Part shown: positions 1 through 11,409 of the stretch, piece after piece
Layout of the letters: the number at the start of each line of letters is the position of its first letter
How positions within the stretch are numbered: position 1 is the stretch's first letter
Origin: an uncultured delta proteobacterium
GTDB lineage: Bacteria; Desulfobacterota; Binatia; UBA9968
Assembly (NCBI GenBank): GCA_963760795.1
Contig: CAVXEP010000002.1
Coordinates: 96,001 to 160,000, forward strand
Direction: 5' to 3'
Length of the DNA: 64,000 nt
Program-made: the position numbers and the translations under genes
The notes under the pieces: generated by a model
Databases searched by the model: none
What the model was told of the DNA's origin: nothing
Seen by the model: the letters and a program-made list of their open reading frames with translations, nothing else

Positions 1-2
1 GC

Positions 3-182
3 GCCAAAAACTTGGGCATGACGGTCGAAGCCCATGAGGCGCAAATCCTCGCCCTCACGCCGCTGCGCAAGTACGCCAAACATGAGGAAGTCGCCAACGC
101 GGCACTGTTCTTGGCCTCGAGCGATTCGTCGCACACGACGGGAGAGTCATTGAATGTGTCGGGCGGCAGATTGATGAGCTGA
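3..182 (+). CDS. SDR family oxidoreductase, C-terminal end (partial at window edge)
   Basis: Manual translation ...TPLRKYAKHEEVANAALFLASSDSSHTTGESLNVSGGRLMS* is a typical SDR C-terminus. Confidence 0.85.
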   Translation, partial: AKNLGMTVEAHEAQILALTPLRKYAKHEEVANAALFLASSDSSHTTGESLNVSGGRLMS

Positions 183-199
183 GCGTCCGCGGTTTTAGT

Positions 200-1411
200 T
201 TACGACGGACTAGCCGCGGAGGCCGCGCCGACCGGCACGGCGTCGGTATTCTTCTCAAGAAACAGCGCCAGCCCGGAAGCCAGCAGCACCAGGCTCATCA
301 CCACCAGGAAACCATCGTAGCTGCCGGTGCGGTCGTAAGTGATGCTCGCGATCATCGGTCCCGCGGCCGAGCCGATCTGGTGCACGATGAAACTCATGCC
401 GAGGATCATCCCGGCCATACGCGGTCCGACCAGCTCGTAGAACAAAACATTGCCCACCGCCACCGTGCCGAACGTCGGCCCGATGGCCAGCGCGACTACG
501 GCGTAGTAAACATAAACATTGCTGATATCGAGCGCCATAAGCAGCGTGCCGACGCCGCGCGTGAGATAGCTCAGGCCCAACATCGGCGCTCTTCCGTAGC
601 GATCCGAGAGCCAGCCGAAGAGCAACGCCGACACCACCGCGCCGGCGCCAAAGACGCTCACCGCCTTGGCGCCGGTGGCGGCGTCAAAGCCTTTGCTCAT
701 GGTCAATGCGACCAGATGGGCGATTTGAAAAAATGCCACGCCGCAGGAGAATCTTACGGCAAAGAGCACCAGCATCGAGCGATTGCGCAGATAAGGCACG
801 CACGCGCTCCACGGAACACGCGGGCCACGGCCTGCCTGCGACCCAGCGGGGTCGCGCGCGCCGAACCAGGCTAGCGGGAGCGCGACGAAGAATAATATCG
901 CGCCGGAAGCGAGCGCCGCCATGCGCCAATCGTAGGCGCGAATCAAAAAATAAATCACCGGCGCGAACAGCAAAGGACTCAAGGGCGATGCGATCTGAAC
1001 CACACTGACCGCGAGGCCGCGATTGGTCGCGGCAAAATGTTTGGAAACGATCAACGACAAGATTGCTTGACTGCACGCGCCCATCGCTAGACCCACCATC
1101 AAGCCGTAGGTCAGCGACAACTGCCAAAGGTTTCGCGACCAGCCCATGCCGACGTAGCCGCTGGCCATTAACAGGATACCGCCAATGATCACGGGCCGCG
1201 GCCCCAGATCGTCGGCCAACTTGCCGAACAGCAGCGCTCCCGCGCCCCACCCCAACATCGCCACCATGTAAGGCACCGTCGCCAACGAGCGCGATACGGC
1301 AAATTCGTGCTCAATCGGCGGTAGGAACAGACTGAATGTGTTCATGCTGATTGACGTTATCGTTCCAGCGGCCGTGCAGAGCAGCAAAATCGAAGTGCGC
1401 GAAAGTTTCAT
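200..1411 (-). CDS. MFS transporter (OFA/MCT-like)
   Basis: Many hydrophobic segments; motif A GKLADDLGPR and GWLSDRYGR; start placed at MKLSRTS. Confidence 0.9.
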   Translation of the reverse strand: MKLSRTSILLLCTAAGTITSISMNTFSLFLPPIEHEFAVSRSLATVPYMVAMLGWGAGALLFGKLADDLGPRPVIIGGILLMASGYVGMGWSRNLWQLSLTYGLMVGLAMGACSQAILSLIVSKHFAATNRGLAVSVVQIASPLSPLLFAPVIYFLIRAYDWRMAALASGAILFFVALPLAWFGARDPAGSQAGRGPRVPWSACVPYLRNRSMLVLFAVRFSCGVAFFQIAHLVALTMSKGFDAATGAKAVSVFGAGAVVSALLFGWLSDRYGRAPMLGLSYLTRGVGTLLMALDISNVYVYYAVVALAIGPTFGTVAVGNVLFYELVGPRMAGMILGMSFIVHQIGSAAGPMIASITYDRTGSYDGFLVVMSLVLLASGLALFLEKNTDAVPVGAASAASPS

Positions 1412-1486
1412 AGCCCCGACTATGCCAGCGCCGCGGCGCGCTGGCAACGCGATTCGCAACTCAATTGCCATCCTAGCAAGTCAGAC

Positions 1487-1558
1487 GTAGGATGGGTGGA
1501 GCGCAGCCATACCCATCGTTTCTAACCATAGGCATCGACGCGTTGTGCCTCCACCTAC
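1487..1558. repeat. GTAG-type REP palindrome with degenerate inverted partner
   Basis: GTAG-GATGGGT...ACCCATC hairpin at 1487-1517; CTAC end at 1555-1558; intergenic between divergent genes. Confidence 0.6.
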
Positions 1559-1662
1559 CGTGCAATTATTTACCGATCGTCGCTGCTTCGATTGGGATCG
1601 TTTCGCTTGGTTGCATGAGTCATTATCTTCGTAATACTTCTTGATCCACAGGAGCATCCAAT

Positions 1663-2691
1663 ATGAGCAACCAGAACAAAATCACCTTCGGCGTCCGCCT
1701 TCCCAACTCCGGCCCGCTGGCATCGCCGCAGTCGATGCTGCAGGTGGCCCGGGAAGCCGAGGCCCTCGGTTTCGACTCGGTCTGGGTGCACGATCATCTG
1801 ACCTGGTCCGACGAGATTCATCGCACGCATATTTCTTCAGGCTCCGACGACTCGCACACCGGCAATGCGAGCCCGGACTTTTTTGAAGCGATGACGTCGC
1901 TGGCCTTCATCGCCGGGCAAGTTGACAAAGTTCGCCTCGGCATCGCCTGCGTCGTCGTCCCTTGCCGCAATCCGCTTTTGGCCGCCAAACAGATCGCCAC
2001 CCTCGACGTGCTATGCAACGGCCGCCTCGACATCGGCGTCGGCATCGGCTCGCCGTCGACGATCAAGTCGCGCGAGTATGAAGTGCTCGGCGTGGATCGA
2101 AAACAGCGCGGCAAGATCGCCGACGATCACCTGCGCGCGATGAAAACCATCTGGACCGATCACCCGGCAAGCTACGACGGCCGGTTCGTCAAATTCGAAA
2201 ACGCCGAGATCTGTCCCAAACCGTTACAGAAACCCAACCCGCCACTGTGGGTCGGCGGCTGGACCGAAGCCGCGATGAAAAGAACAGCAGCCCTGGGCGA
2301 CGGTTGGCTGCCGGCATGGCTGCTGCCGCAAGACATCGGCAAACGCTTCGGCGAAGTAAAAGCAATGGCGGAAACCCACGGCAGAGATTCCGAAAAAATC
2401 CATCTCGGCATCGAGGTTTACGGCTGCATCGACCAAGACGGCGCCAAAGCCCGCCAAGACGGCTACGGCACGCTCGCCATCGGTCAGAGCACATTCGAAA
2501 GAATGATGAGCGTGGAACAGCTCGCCGCCGTCAGTCTGATCGGCTCACCGGAAGAAATCCGCCGCCAGGTCAAAGCCTACAGCGACGCCGGCGTGTCTCA
2601 CTTTGAAATCAAGTTTATTTATCCGAGTCTCGAACGGCACTCGGAAATGCTGCAACTATTCGCGCGGGAAGTTTTAGCGGAGTTTCGGTAA
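1663..2691 (+). CDS. LLM-class (luciferase-like) flavin/F420-dependent oxidoreductase
   Basis: AEALGFDSVWVHDH, AKQIATLDVLCNGRLDIGVGIG, PKPLQKPNPPLWVGG motifs. Confidence 0.9.
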   Translation: MSNQNKITFGVRLPNSGPLASPQSMLQVAREAEALGFDSVWVHDHLTWSDEIHRTHISSGSDDSHTGNASPDFFEAMTSLAFIAGQVDKVRLGIACVVVPCRNPLLAAKQIATLDVLCNGRLDIGVGIGSPSTIKSREYEVLGVDRKQRGKIADDHLRAMKTIWTDHPASYDGRFVKFENAEICPKPLQKPNPPLWVGGWTEAAMKRTAALGDGWLPAWLLPQDIGKRFGEVKAMAETHGRDSEKIHLGIEVYGCIDQDGAKARQDGYGTLAIGQSTFERMMSVEQLAAVSLIGSPEEIRRQVKAYSDAGVSHFEIKFIYPSLERHSEMLQLFAREVLAEFR

Positions 2692-2795
2692 CGGAAGAAT
2701 GTACGCAGGTTAGGCAAGTTTGGTTTTCGTTCATCGATCGGTGCTCATGGACCAGATGCTCCTTGCAAACTAATTTATTAGAGGAGTTTCGCCGC

Positions 2796-3473
2796 TTACT
2801 TCACTGCGAAGCAATAAAAACGTCCCGCCCCTCCGCGCGGAGAGGTATCGGCGCAACTTTGATTTTCATGGGCGGAGTTCCACGAGGCCGAGGCTCCAGC
2901 CGTATTGCCGCCAAGTCCGATCCCGTCCAGGTGACCTATTTGCGCCTGCATGTCGGGAGATTCCGACGTCCAACTGTTGCAAGTTTTCCCAGCCATGACC
3001 GTCCCTTCGGCTGTCGAGCCAGTTAGAACGTCGTGCTCGGTGGGCTTGGGTGAGTTTGGCCAGTTACCCGGGACCATCTGGCCACGCTCGTCGACAAGGA
3101 GGATAGAATTCCCCCGGCGTGCATGAAGGTCGGCGAGATCGTTGCCGACCATTAGGCCGTTGGCGTTGAACCAGGGGCCGTTGCCGATCCGGTCGCGGGC
3201 ATTGGTCGGATTATTGTTGTTGGCAGGGTCCCGCTCCGCGCTCAAGTAGGCTCGCCACGTTTTATCTCCCTGCCCGGCAGCGGCGGCCAAGGTTTGACAG
3301 ATGCGGTCGGCGCCAACCAGGCCCCCAAGGTTTCCGGTCTTGCTCTTCGCGCTCGTGACAAAGAAGCCCATGCTAGGTGGCGGGGCGCTGGCGGCACCCA
3401 CGCTGCTGTCTTTGCGCCCAACGGCGACGATAATGAGCGCCCCAATCACGAGCAGAGATAGCCAAAGCTTCAT
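2796..3473 (-). CDS. Secreted endostatin/collagen-NC10 (C-type lectin-like) domain protein
   Basis: Signal peptide; GNLGGLVGADRICQ, WRAYLS, NARDRIGNGPW, GRFYCFA motifs. Confidence 0.75.
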   Translation of the reverse strand: MKLWLSLLVIGALIIVAVGRKDSSVGAASAPPPSMGFFVTSAKSKTGNLGGLVGADRICQTLAAAAGQGDKTWRAYLSAERDPANNNNPTNARDRIGNGPWFNANGLMVGNDLADLHARRGNSILLVDERGQMVPGNWPNSPKPTEHDVLTGSTAEGTVMAGKTCNSWTSESPDMQAQIGHLDGIGLGGNTAGASASWNSAHENQSCADTSPRGGAGRFYCFAVK

Positions 3474-3703
3474 AACTATCCTCCTGATTTTTATCGGTTC
3501 CATGCGTCACTTGCGGCGCGTCGAGCTAACGAATCGCTTTTTATTCGCCAAACCGTGAATGCAATCAAGGTGGAAAAATACCTGTCGTAGCGATGGCGGT
3601 AGAACGAGATGAATTGAACCGTAAATGATCGATCCGAATCGTTTCGGACGGCGACTGAATGAGTCGACATGGCGTGGTGCGTATCGAAAATATTTTTCAC
3701 CTG

Positions 3704-6075
3704 CTACGGCGCCGGTCGGACACGGCACAGAAACGATCGATGCGGCAGCGAGCCGCTGATCGGATCGGCGATATCTGAACCGATCAGCAGACTCGGATTG
3801 GCCGAACCGGCGCCGTAGGAATCGTAACCCGGCAGCTCCAACGCCTTGCACTCTTGCCACCAGCCATGCTGGCAGCACACTACGCCCGGCGCGATCGCGT
3901 CGGTGACGCGCGCTTTGGCGCGAATCGAATCGCGCGGGCTTTCGATGACCATCCAGCTTTTGTCCGTGATACCAAAACGCGCCGCGGTCTCGGGATGAAT
4001 GTCGGCGCTGGGATGGGGCGACACTTTGCGCAGACTCGGTCAAGCCGCGCAACTGGCTGTGAATGTAAGTGGTAAACTTGGCGTTGGTCAGCACCAGCGG
4101 ATATTCCTTGGCAACGTCGGGACGGCTGACGGGGCTGACCATCGGTTCGACATATTCGGGCAGCGCGCGCAAATCCATGCGCCGCGAAGGTGTGCGAGTA
4201 AACCGCGACTTTTTTATCCGGCGTGTTGAAACCGCGCGGCGTGGCGGATTTGTCCGGCGTGGCAAATTTCTGATAGCGCGGCGTGGCCGGAATCGGTAAT
4301 ACCGCCGGGCGAAGCCTTGAGTTGATTTAACGTGATACCGGCGGCAGCCAATTCCTGTTCATACGCCGCGTCGATGTCGCCCTGCCAAAAATCATCGGCG
4401 AACCCCAGTCGTTTCGCCAACTCGAAAACCATCCAAGTATCGGAACGCCGTTCGGCCAGCGGCGCGACGACCGCCGGCCGATATTGCACGTGGCGCCTTC
4501 CCTGCTCTCGATGCTTGAAATCATTCGACACCGTGGCCATCTCGAGAAAGCTCGTCGCCGGCAGAACGTAATCGCACAGCTCCGCGGTCGGCGTCATGAA
4601 TAGTTCCGCGGCGACGGCGAAATCCACCGCGCAAAATGCTTCGCGCGCTCTTTGCGAGTCGCCGGTGGACATGATCGTGTTCGAACCGAAATTGAGCAGT
4701 GCTTTCACCGGATAGGGCCGGCCTTCGAGCACCGCGGTGAAAATATCGTAGGCCGCGCAGTTGCCGGGTTTGGCCGGCGGGCCGAGCGGTTTGCGCTCGC
4801 GGCCAATCCGTTGCTGCGCCATTTCTTTGGGAAGAAACTCTTTTCCCGACATCGCATTGAGCGGCGCTTTAGGAAAAACCACGTTGCCGCCCTGCCGATC
4901 GATGTCGCCGAAGAGCGCATAGAACGTCGCGATCGCCCGGCTCGTTTGCGTCGCGTTGGTGTGCTGGCCGACACCGTTGTGCATGAACATACTGACCGGC
5001 CGATTCGCCGCCAGCAGGCGCACCGCTTGGCGAACTTTGTCGGGCGCTACCCAGGTAATCGACTGATGATTTCTCGGCAGTGAACTCCGCCGCCAGTGCG
5101 GCCAGGCGGGCAAACGCCGGCTCGCAGGCAAGCGCACCGCCATCTTTGCCCATAACCTTGCGCGCACCGGCAATTGACAGGCGGCCGGGCTGGCGTTCAA
5201 AGCCTCCGGTCAACGAATCGTAGAGAATCGGCGCATTGGCGATTTCATCCCAGGCAACAAATCGATTTACAGATCCGCTCTCGGTCAAATCGGCTTCGGT
5301 CAACGCCGCGCCGGTATCCAAACGAATCAAAAAAGATCCGTTGGTCCATTGGCGCACGAAGCCGTCATCGAAAAGCTTTTCTGTGATCGCCACGTCGATC
5401 ATCGCCAACGCCAGCGCGCCGTCGGTGCCCGGCCGCACTTGCAAGAGCACGTCCGCCTGCGCCGCGATGCCGACGCGCCGCGGGTCCACCGCGACGATTT
5501 TCATGCCGCGCTTTGCGCGCCGCGACGATGTCGTGGGCCAGGATCAACGAGGTCGAGCTCGGATTGTGGCCCCAGAGTAAAAAGGCGCCGCTGTGCGCGA
5601 CATCCGGCGTCGGGATTTCCACACCGAACGTGTAGGTGAAGCCGGTATCCTTGTGCCAATTGCAGACGTGAGTCGTCGACGTCCAGTTGGGACTGCCGAA
5701 GCGATTGAGCAAGCGCGCCAGCCAGCGCTCGGCATCGGAAACCGAAGTGCCGCCGCCGGTGCCTTTGGCGAGGGCGACCGCGCGCGCGCCGTCGCGTTCG
5801 CGAATGGCATTCAAACGCTGCGCGATGTCATCGAGCGCTTCGTCCCAGCTAACCCGTTGCCAGCCCGGATCGCTGTCGCCTTTCGGCCGGGTTCGTTTGA
5901 GCGGGTAATTGAGCCGATCTGGATGGTAAACTAGTTCCGGCGCGGCTTTACCCTTGAGGCAGAACACCCCGCCGTTGGGATGATCGGCATCGGCTTCGAG
6001 CCGGACGACTTTGCCATCGGTCACAGTCGCAATCGTCGCGCAGTGGGCCGTGCACAGGGCACAGAAACCGCGCAC
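3704..6075 (-). CDS. Molybdopterin (DMSO reductase/MopB family) oxidoreductase, split by about 4 frameshifts
   Basis: N-terminal CALCTAHC...CLKG Fe-S motif, HPDRLNYPLKR, VVDPRR, FMTPTAELCDYVLPA and the C-terminal molybdopterin-dinucleotide-binding domain are spread over consecutive ORFs 5365-6075, 4869-5504, 4214-5200, 3507-4265 and 3704-4024; start uncertain. Confidence 0.85.
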
Positions 6076-6117
6076 GGTGTGCGTGGACTCAGTAACATTC
6101 CATAAAAGATTTCCCGT

Positions 6118-7122
6118 TTAGCCCAGATAACCCTGCCCGCGCCAAAATTTTTCCGCCGCCGGGTGAAGCGGAATCACCAACGGCCCGTCAGCGGTGTCAC
6201 GGCAGCCTCTTTCCAGCGGCAGCGGTCCCGGTTCCTGCCAGCCGATGCGCTCCTTGCGCGCTTCCAACGCAGCGCAGATCGACGTGATCACTTCGTCCGG
6301 CACATCGGCATGGGTGTAGACGGCGAAGCCGCTGAAATCCAATGTCGGCAGATCCTTGCCCAACTTGGGATAGCGCGCAACCGGCATGACCGCGCGTCGC
6401 AAGCCGAGCGTCTCCATCTTGGTTAGAATCTCTTCATCGAGCGGCAGCATGCGCATGCCGGCGTCGAGGGCCTGGTTGGCCCAGCCGCGCACCGCTTCGT
6501 CGACGATCATGTCGACCTCGCCGCGCTGCATGGCGCCGAAGCGGTTGCTCTTCATCGGCAGGCCGTCGTCATAGCGCACCTGCCCGCCCCAAGAAACGAT
6601 ATCGTCGAGGGTGAAACCTACCGCCTTCAAGACTTCGTCGGTGATCGGATGCAGCGCATGATCGCGCTGGCCGCGCACCGACACGCGCAAAGGCATGCGC
6701 CGCTCGCGAATCTCGTGCAGCGACTTCACGCCGGTCTTTTCGGTCACGGCGAAGGCGAGCTGGTCCGGCGAAGGAATGATCGTAATCGCGCGCAGCGGAA
6801 TCGGCTTTTTATACGGCCCAGTGCCGCGCACCGCCAGCGCCAGATACATCGCCGGATTGCTGATCGCCAGTTGCATCTCGCCGCGCGCCACCAACTCGAG
6901 CGCTGCCGGCCCATCGCTGGCGATCATGTTAACGGCCCATTCTGCCGCGCCCTGGGGCCGCAAGCTCACCCGCGCCTGGCGATTGGGCCAGTCCTCTTGC
7001 TCGATCATTTCGGATGCCACTTCGAGCACCAGACGCGAACGAATGGTATCGCGGGCAACCGAACGGGCGGCATTGTTATCAGCAGCTTTTGTCGTCATTT
7101 GTCGTTCCATTTTCGCCATCAA
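6118..7122 (-). CDS. TAXI-family TRAP-type solute-binding protein
   Basis: ELVARGEMQLAI, GEVDMIVDE and C-terminal IPLHPAAEKFWRGQGYL motifs. Confidence 0.8.
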   Translation of the reverse strand: MMAKMERQMTTKAADNNAARSVARDTIRSRLVLEVASEMIEQEDWPNRQARVSLRPQGAAEWAVNMIASDGPAALELVARGEMQLAISNPAMYLALAVRGTGPYKKPIPLRAITIIPSPDQLAFAVTEKTGVKSLHEIRERRMPLRVSVRGQRDHALHPITDEVLKAVGFTLDDIVSWGGQVRYDDGLPMKSNRFGAMQRGEVDMIVDEAVRGWANQALDAGMRMLPLDEEILTKMETLGLRRAVMPVARYPKLGKDLPTLDFSGFAVYTHADVPDEVITSICAALEARKERIGWQEPGPLPLERGCRDTADGPLVIPLHPAAEKFWRGQGYLG

Positions 7123-7214
7123 TCAGTAGGCGAAATATTTTCACCCTAGATGCGAAATTTCCCCTGAGAATTTTTTGTCGCAGTTTGCGTTCTTTGCGGC
7201 CAACTCTTCTTCGA

Positions 7215-8309
7215 TCAATCGAACGTCAAAATGGCTCGCCCTAATATTCGACCATGTTCCAGGTCGTCGACCGCTTGGTTGATCTGCTCCAGTTTGTAAC
7301 GGTTGGTAATCAGCTCGTTCAGCTTCAGCTTGCCGTCGCGAAACCAGCGCAGGAAGATCGGAAAATCGCGCTCCGGTTTGCAATCGCCGCCGCTGGTGCG
7401 TTTGAACGAGCGATTGCCGATGAACAAGCTGGTGTCGATGAGCGCCTTCGCATCGGGCGGCGTGATGCCGACGAGCAGCGCGATACCGCCTTGATTGAGC
7501 CCGGAAAATCCTGGCCGGACCGAGCGCAGGATTTGCTCCTGCGTCAATGGCAAGCCGATGGCGTCGATCGCATAGTCGGCGCCGCCGCCGGTTATATCCT
7601 TGATCGCTTGCACCGCGTCGCCTTCCTTCGCGTTGACGCCATGGGTCGCGCCCATGCGCTGAGCGAAGGCTAACTTTTGTGAATCGATGTCGACGGCGAT
7701 AATCGGATAGGCATCGACCACCGCCGCCGCCGAGATTGCGCACAGGCCGATGCCGCCGGCGCCGAATACGGCGACCGATTGCCCGGGCCGCGTTTGCAGG
7801 GTGTTAATGATCGCGCCGGCGCCGGTCATGACGGCGCAACCGACGATCGAGGTAACATCGGTGGGCAGATCCTTTGGCATCGGTAGCACAACCCGCTCCT
7901 GGGCGATGGCGTACTCGGCCCAGGTGGCCGCCGAATGCATCACATTCTTGCCTTTCCAGTTGGCGTTGTACTGCGTGCGGTCGTTGAGCGCGTGCGACAC
8001 CATCGGCTGGTTGGTAGTCGCACTGTCGCGATCGACCCAGGTGGTGATCACATGATCGCCTTCCTTAACATGGGTAACATCCCGCCCCTTGGCGATGACG
8101 ACGCCAGTGGACTCATGGCCCAGCAAGGCCGGCAGACTTTGCCCCTTGCGCGCCGGCCGCTGCATGGTGTGCAGCTGTGAGTGGCAGACGCCGCTGGCAA
8201 AGAGCTTTACTAAAACCTGATCCGCTCCGGGATCGGCAAATTCAACCTCATCGACCACCAATGGTTTTTTCGCCTCTACATAAATCGCCGCCCGCCCCTT
8301 AGTGCTCAT
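7215..8309 (-). CDS. Zinc-binding (MDR) alcohol dehydrogenase
   Basis: GVCHSQ, LLGHESTG, GCAVMTGAGA and Rossmann GAGGIG motifs. Confidence 0.9.
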   Translation of the reverse strand: MSTKGRAAIYVEAKKPLVVDEVEFADPGADQVLVKLFASGVCHSQLHTMQRPARKGQSLPALLGHESTGVVIAKGRDVTHVKEGDHVITTWVDRDSATTNQPMVSHALNDRTQYNANWKGKNVMHSAATWAEYAIAQERVVLPMPKDLPTDVTSIVGCAVMTGAGAIINTLQTRPGQSVAVFGAGGIGLCAISAAAVVDAYPIIAVDIDSQKLAFAQRMGATHGVNAKEGDAVQAIKDITGGGADYAIDAIGLPLTQEQILRSVRPGFSGLNQGGIALLVGITPPDAKALIDTSLFIGNRSFKRTSGGDCKPERDFPIFLRWFRDGKLKLNELITNRYKLEQINQAVDDLEHGRILGRAILTFD

Positions 8310-8427
8310 GCTCCCTCCGATCCGACAAACGAAATCCGCTGCGTTGAAAGAAATTTGCGGCGGCCATTCTCGTTCCTTGAACGGATATCTATGGTGAATG
8401 ACTGAGATTGTCTAGAGCTTTTGATTT

Positions 8428-8718
8428 AGCCTGGCGAGCCGCAACCGAGAAAGGCCGGAAAGGTTCACCACAGAGGGCTCAGAGATCACAGAGAAAAAAG
8501 ATTGATTCGGACAAATAGCCGCAGAGAAGGCAAAAGGTCGCAAAAAAGACCCGAAATTGTCGGGGCAATTCCCTTTGGTTGCCGATCCGAATCAGTCATG
8601 GTCACCGGCGACGATCACCAGGAGAATTTGTCGATGCTACGAAGATTCTCAACGGTAGTAGCTCACGCAAAATAGATCCAAGCAGAATTCCGATCGTAGG
8701 GGCGCATGGCATACGCCC
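8428..8718. repeat. Intergenic mosaic of repeat modules ending in a GTAG-type REP
   Basis: CCTGGCGAGCCGCAACC, CACCACAGAG..CAGAG and CCGCAGAGAAGGCAAAAG modules; GTAGGGGCGCATGGCATACGCCC at 8696-8718. Confidence 0.55.
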
Positions 8719-8846
8719 GGTGGCGGCGGCGCGGCGTATCGACATCGCACCGAGAAGCGCTGCTCGCGCTGGCGTGATTATGGCTGAATTGCTACGAAAT
8801 CGACGCGGTACCTATTCGGCGCACCCATCACTTTATCTAGGCGCAC

Positions 8847-9182
8847 TCAAAGCAGCATTTTGAACGGCCGCAACCAAGAATTGCCCTTCTCGAGTTCGCG
8901 CAGTTCATCGGCCTGGAGCTTGCTCATTACCAGTTTCATCTCCAACAGCTCCGCAGTGAGGATCTGCTTATCCGCGGTTAACTTTTGGTTTTCGGCGCGA
9001 AGATTATCCAGGTCCGCGGTTAAATTGGCCAGCTGTGCTTTAAGGCGCTCGATCTCGGCCTCTGGACCCATCCTACGATCATCCAACGCTATGACCGGCC
9101 CCGGCGCGGCCCCGGCTCCATTGGCGTTGGCATCCTGCTGCTGCCGCAGTCGCTCCAGTATCTGGGTTTTTCGATCCATCAT
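8847..9182 (-). CDS. Hypothetical coiled-coil protein
   Basis: Heptad pattern EIERLKAQLANLTADLDNLRAENQKL; start placed at MMDRK. Confidence 0.65.
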   Translation of the reverse strand: MMDRKTQILERLRQQQDANANGAGAAPGPVIALDDRRMGPEAEIERLKAQLANLTADLDNLRAENQKLTADKQILTAELLEMKLVMSKLQADELRELEKGNSWLRPFKMLL

Positions 9183-9482
9183 AGCGCGATAATTCCTTTC
9201 CCTTTCGCTATCAGCAAGCCGCCGGCCAATGGCGCCGCCGAGTCTTGTCCATCGCGTCAAGCCATTTTGCGGTGGGTTTCCGAAACAATCAAGCAGCCGC
9301 GGCGCGCGGTCCGACCCCATCAGCGCAGAGATTGTAATGCTCCGGTCGACTTTGACAGTCGTACTAAAATGTCCGGGCGACGATCACAGCCCCTAAACGA
9401 CATTGTTTGCGCGATATCTGCTGGTGCCGGATTTCACGAAAGTTCCTCGGCTTTTGTTCAAAATTGGGTTAAGAAGTTAACC

Positions 9483-10241
9483 ATGATTCCCTATCGCGAT
9501 GAAAATGAAACCCAGCACCCCGCCCTAGTCACCGGCGCCATCGTCGTCTTGAACATCGCCAGTTGGTTGTTCGTGCAAGGCGCCGGCGCCGACTTATCTT
9601 TGGCCAGATCGGTCTGCAACCTCGGCCTGATTCCCGGTGAACTGACCGGGTTACTGCCACCGGGCCAGGCCTTTCCAATGGGGCCGGGCACTGTCTGTCT
9701 GACCGATCCCGGCCGTCAAGTATCTCATCTGATCACGTCGATGTTTCTCCATGGCGGCTGGATGCACCTGATCGGCAACATGTGGTTCCTGTGGCTATTC
9801 GGCAACAATGTCGAGGACTCCATGGGACATCTGCGCTTCATCGCATTTTATCTGCTCACAGGCTTGGCGGCGGCACTTGGCCAAGTGATTGTCAGTCCCG
9901 ACTCGATCATCCCCATGGTTGGCGCCTCGGGCGCGATCAGCGGAGTCATGGGCGCCTATCTGGTGCTCTATCCGCGTGTGAAAGTCTACACGCTGGTGCC
10001 GATCTTTATTTTCTTCACATCGATCGCCCTGCCCGCCTGGGCCATGCTCGGCTACTGGTTCGTCCTCCAGCTCTTGAGCGGCTTCTTCTCACCGGGCGAC
10101 ATGGGTGGCGTCGCCTTTTGGGCGCATATCGGCGGCTTCATCGCCGGCGTCGTGCTGATCAAACTATTCGCCCGCGCGGATTACATCGCAGCCCACCGCG
10201 CCCATCACTGGCGCCCGCAGCGGCTCATGCGGGACTATTGA
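9483..10241 (+). CDS. Rhomboid family intramembrane serine protease
   Basis: SMFLHGGWMHLIGNM, catalytic GASG, AFWAHIGGF; start MIPYRD. Confidence 0.95.
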   Translation: MIPYRDENETQHPALVTGAIVVLNIASWLFVQGAGADLSLARSVCNLGLIPGELTGLLPPGQAFPMGPGTVCLTDPGRQVSHLITSMFLHGGWMHLIGNMWFLWLFGNNVEDSMGHLRFIAFYLLTGLAAALGQVIVSPDSIIPMVGASGAISGVMGAYLVLYPRVKVYTLVPIFIFFTSIALPAWAMLGYWFVLQLLSGFFSPGDMGGVAFWAHIGGFIAGVVLIKLFARADYIAAHRAHHWRPQRLMRDY

Positions 10242-10322
10242 CGATCCGGTTTACAGTGCCGTTCGCGGCGACTGGAGCGCAGATGACTTCAAGCGGTAGA
10301 GTCGGCGTTAGAGTCGGCGGCG

Positions 10323-11324
10323 TCATCTCTTATAGACTTTGTCGATGAATCCGCTCTTGTCCAACTCACGGACGATGCTTTCGTCGACCATGTCTTCGAA
10401 GCGCAGTGGCGCGCCGGACTTGCGGCGGTCGCTTCGCCTCGCGGATCTGAATTTCGACCCCGGGCCGGGTCACCAGAGGCACAACATCGTAAAGTTTCGC
10501 GCTCGCCTGTAGGCGGACTCCAAGTAGTCCTCGTTGTTGGTCCTGGCGTACTTGGCCATGATTTTCTTGCTCTCGTCTTTACGGGTTTTGACAAAATGCA
10601 CCGCCTCGATATGCGCCATGATAACTTTCTTAACGGTTTCTCGGTTCTTCTGCAAATAAGCTTTCGTTGTCGCCGCGCAAATATACGGAAACTCGAAGCG
10701 CTGCTTGAAGTCCGCCGTGCTGATCAATATTCGATGCGGCATCCCTTTGGTCAGGTGAATGACTCCCGGCGGCGACGGGAATCCGGCGATGCGTCCCGCG
10801 CGAAAGGCCGCGGCCCGTTCCGACGATCCGCCGACTTGCATGATCGGCACCTGCTTGTCCGGTTCCAGGTTCAAACCGCGCAGTAGCGCCCGCGCCGCCA
10901 CGTCCGAAGCGCTGCCGAGGCGGCTGATGCCGAGACTTTTGCCCTTGAGTTCCTCCGCCGATCTTATCGACTCATTGACCACCAACTCGTATGGCAGTGA
11001 ATTGAGATAACACGCGACAATGGCGATCTGCGCGCCAGCCAAGACCGCGCTCGCCACCGCCCCTCCCGACACATTGGCGACATGCACATCCCCCGCCAGC
11101 AGACTCGTCAAACTGGTCGTGGTGCTGGGGATGAAAAGTAGTTCAGAGTCCAAGCCTTGTTTCTTGTAGAAGCCCAGCTCCTGGGCGATAAACCACACGG
11201 CATTGCTGGTTTCCAAGGCGCTATGGGATAGCCGAATCTTTTCCTGAGCTGAAGCAGCACCGACAATACTAGTGGCGACAAACAATAACCCGACGACAAC
11301 ATTGACCGCCCGTGAAACTTTCAT
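10323..11324 (-). CDS. NMT1/SsuA-like ABC substrate-binding protein (two frameshifts near the 3' end)
   Basis: AQELGFYKKQGLD and LKGKSLGISRLGS; the C-terminus KLYDVVPLVTRPGVE...FEDMVDESIVRELDKSGFIDKVYKR* is read in shifted frames to a stop at 10323. Confidence 0.8.
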
Positions 11325-11409
11325 ACGATCCTCCGGTTGGACTTTCCGCTGTGAAACCGGAACTAAGTTAGGTTTAAATATTTCTATGTGACACGCAGAT
11401 GCAAATCCA

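Noticed and set aside
3704-6075. Acetylene hydratase assignment for the molybdoenzyme
   Set aside because: The catalytic Asp within the Fe-S motif is absent (CALCTAHC); only a family-level call is supportable
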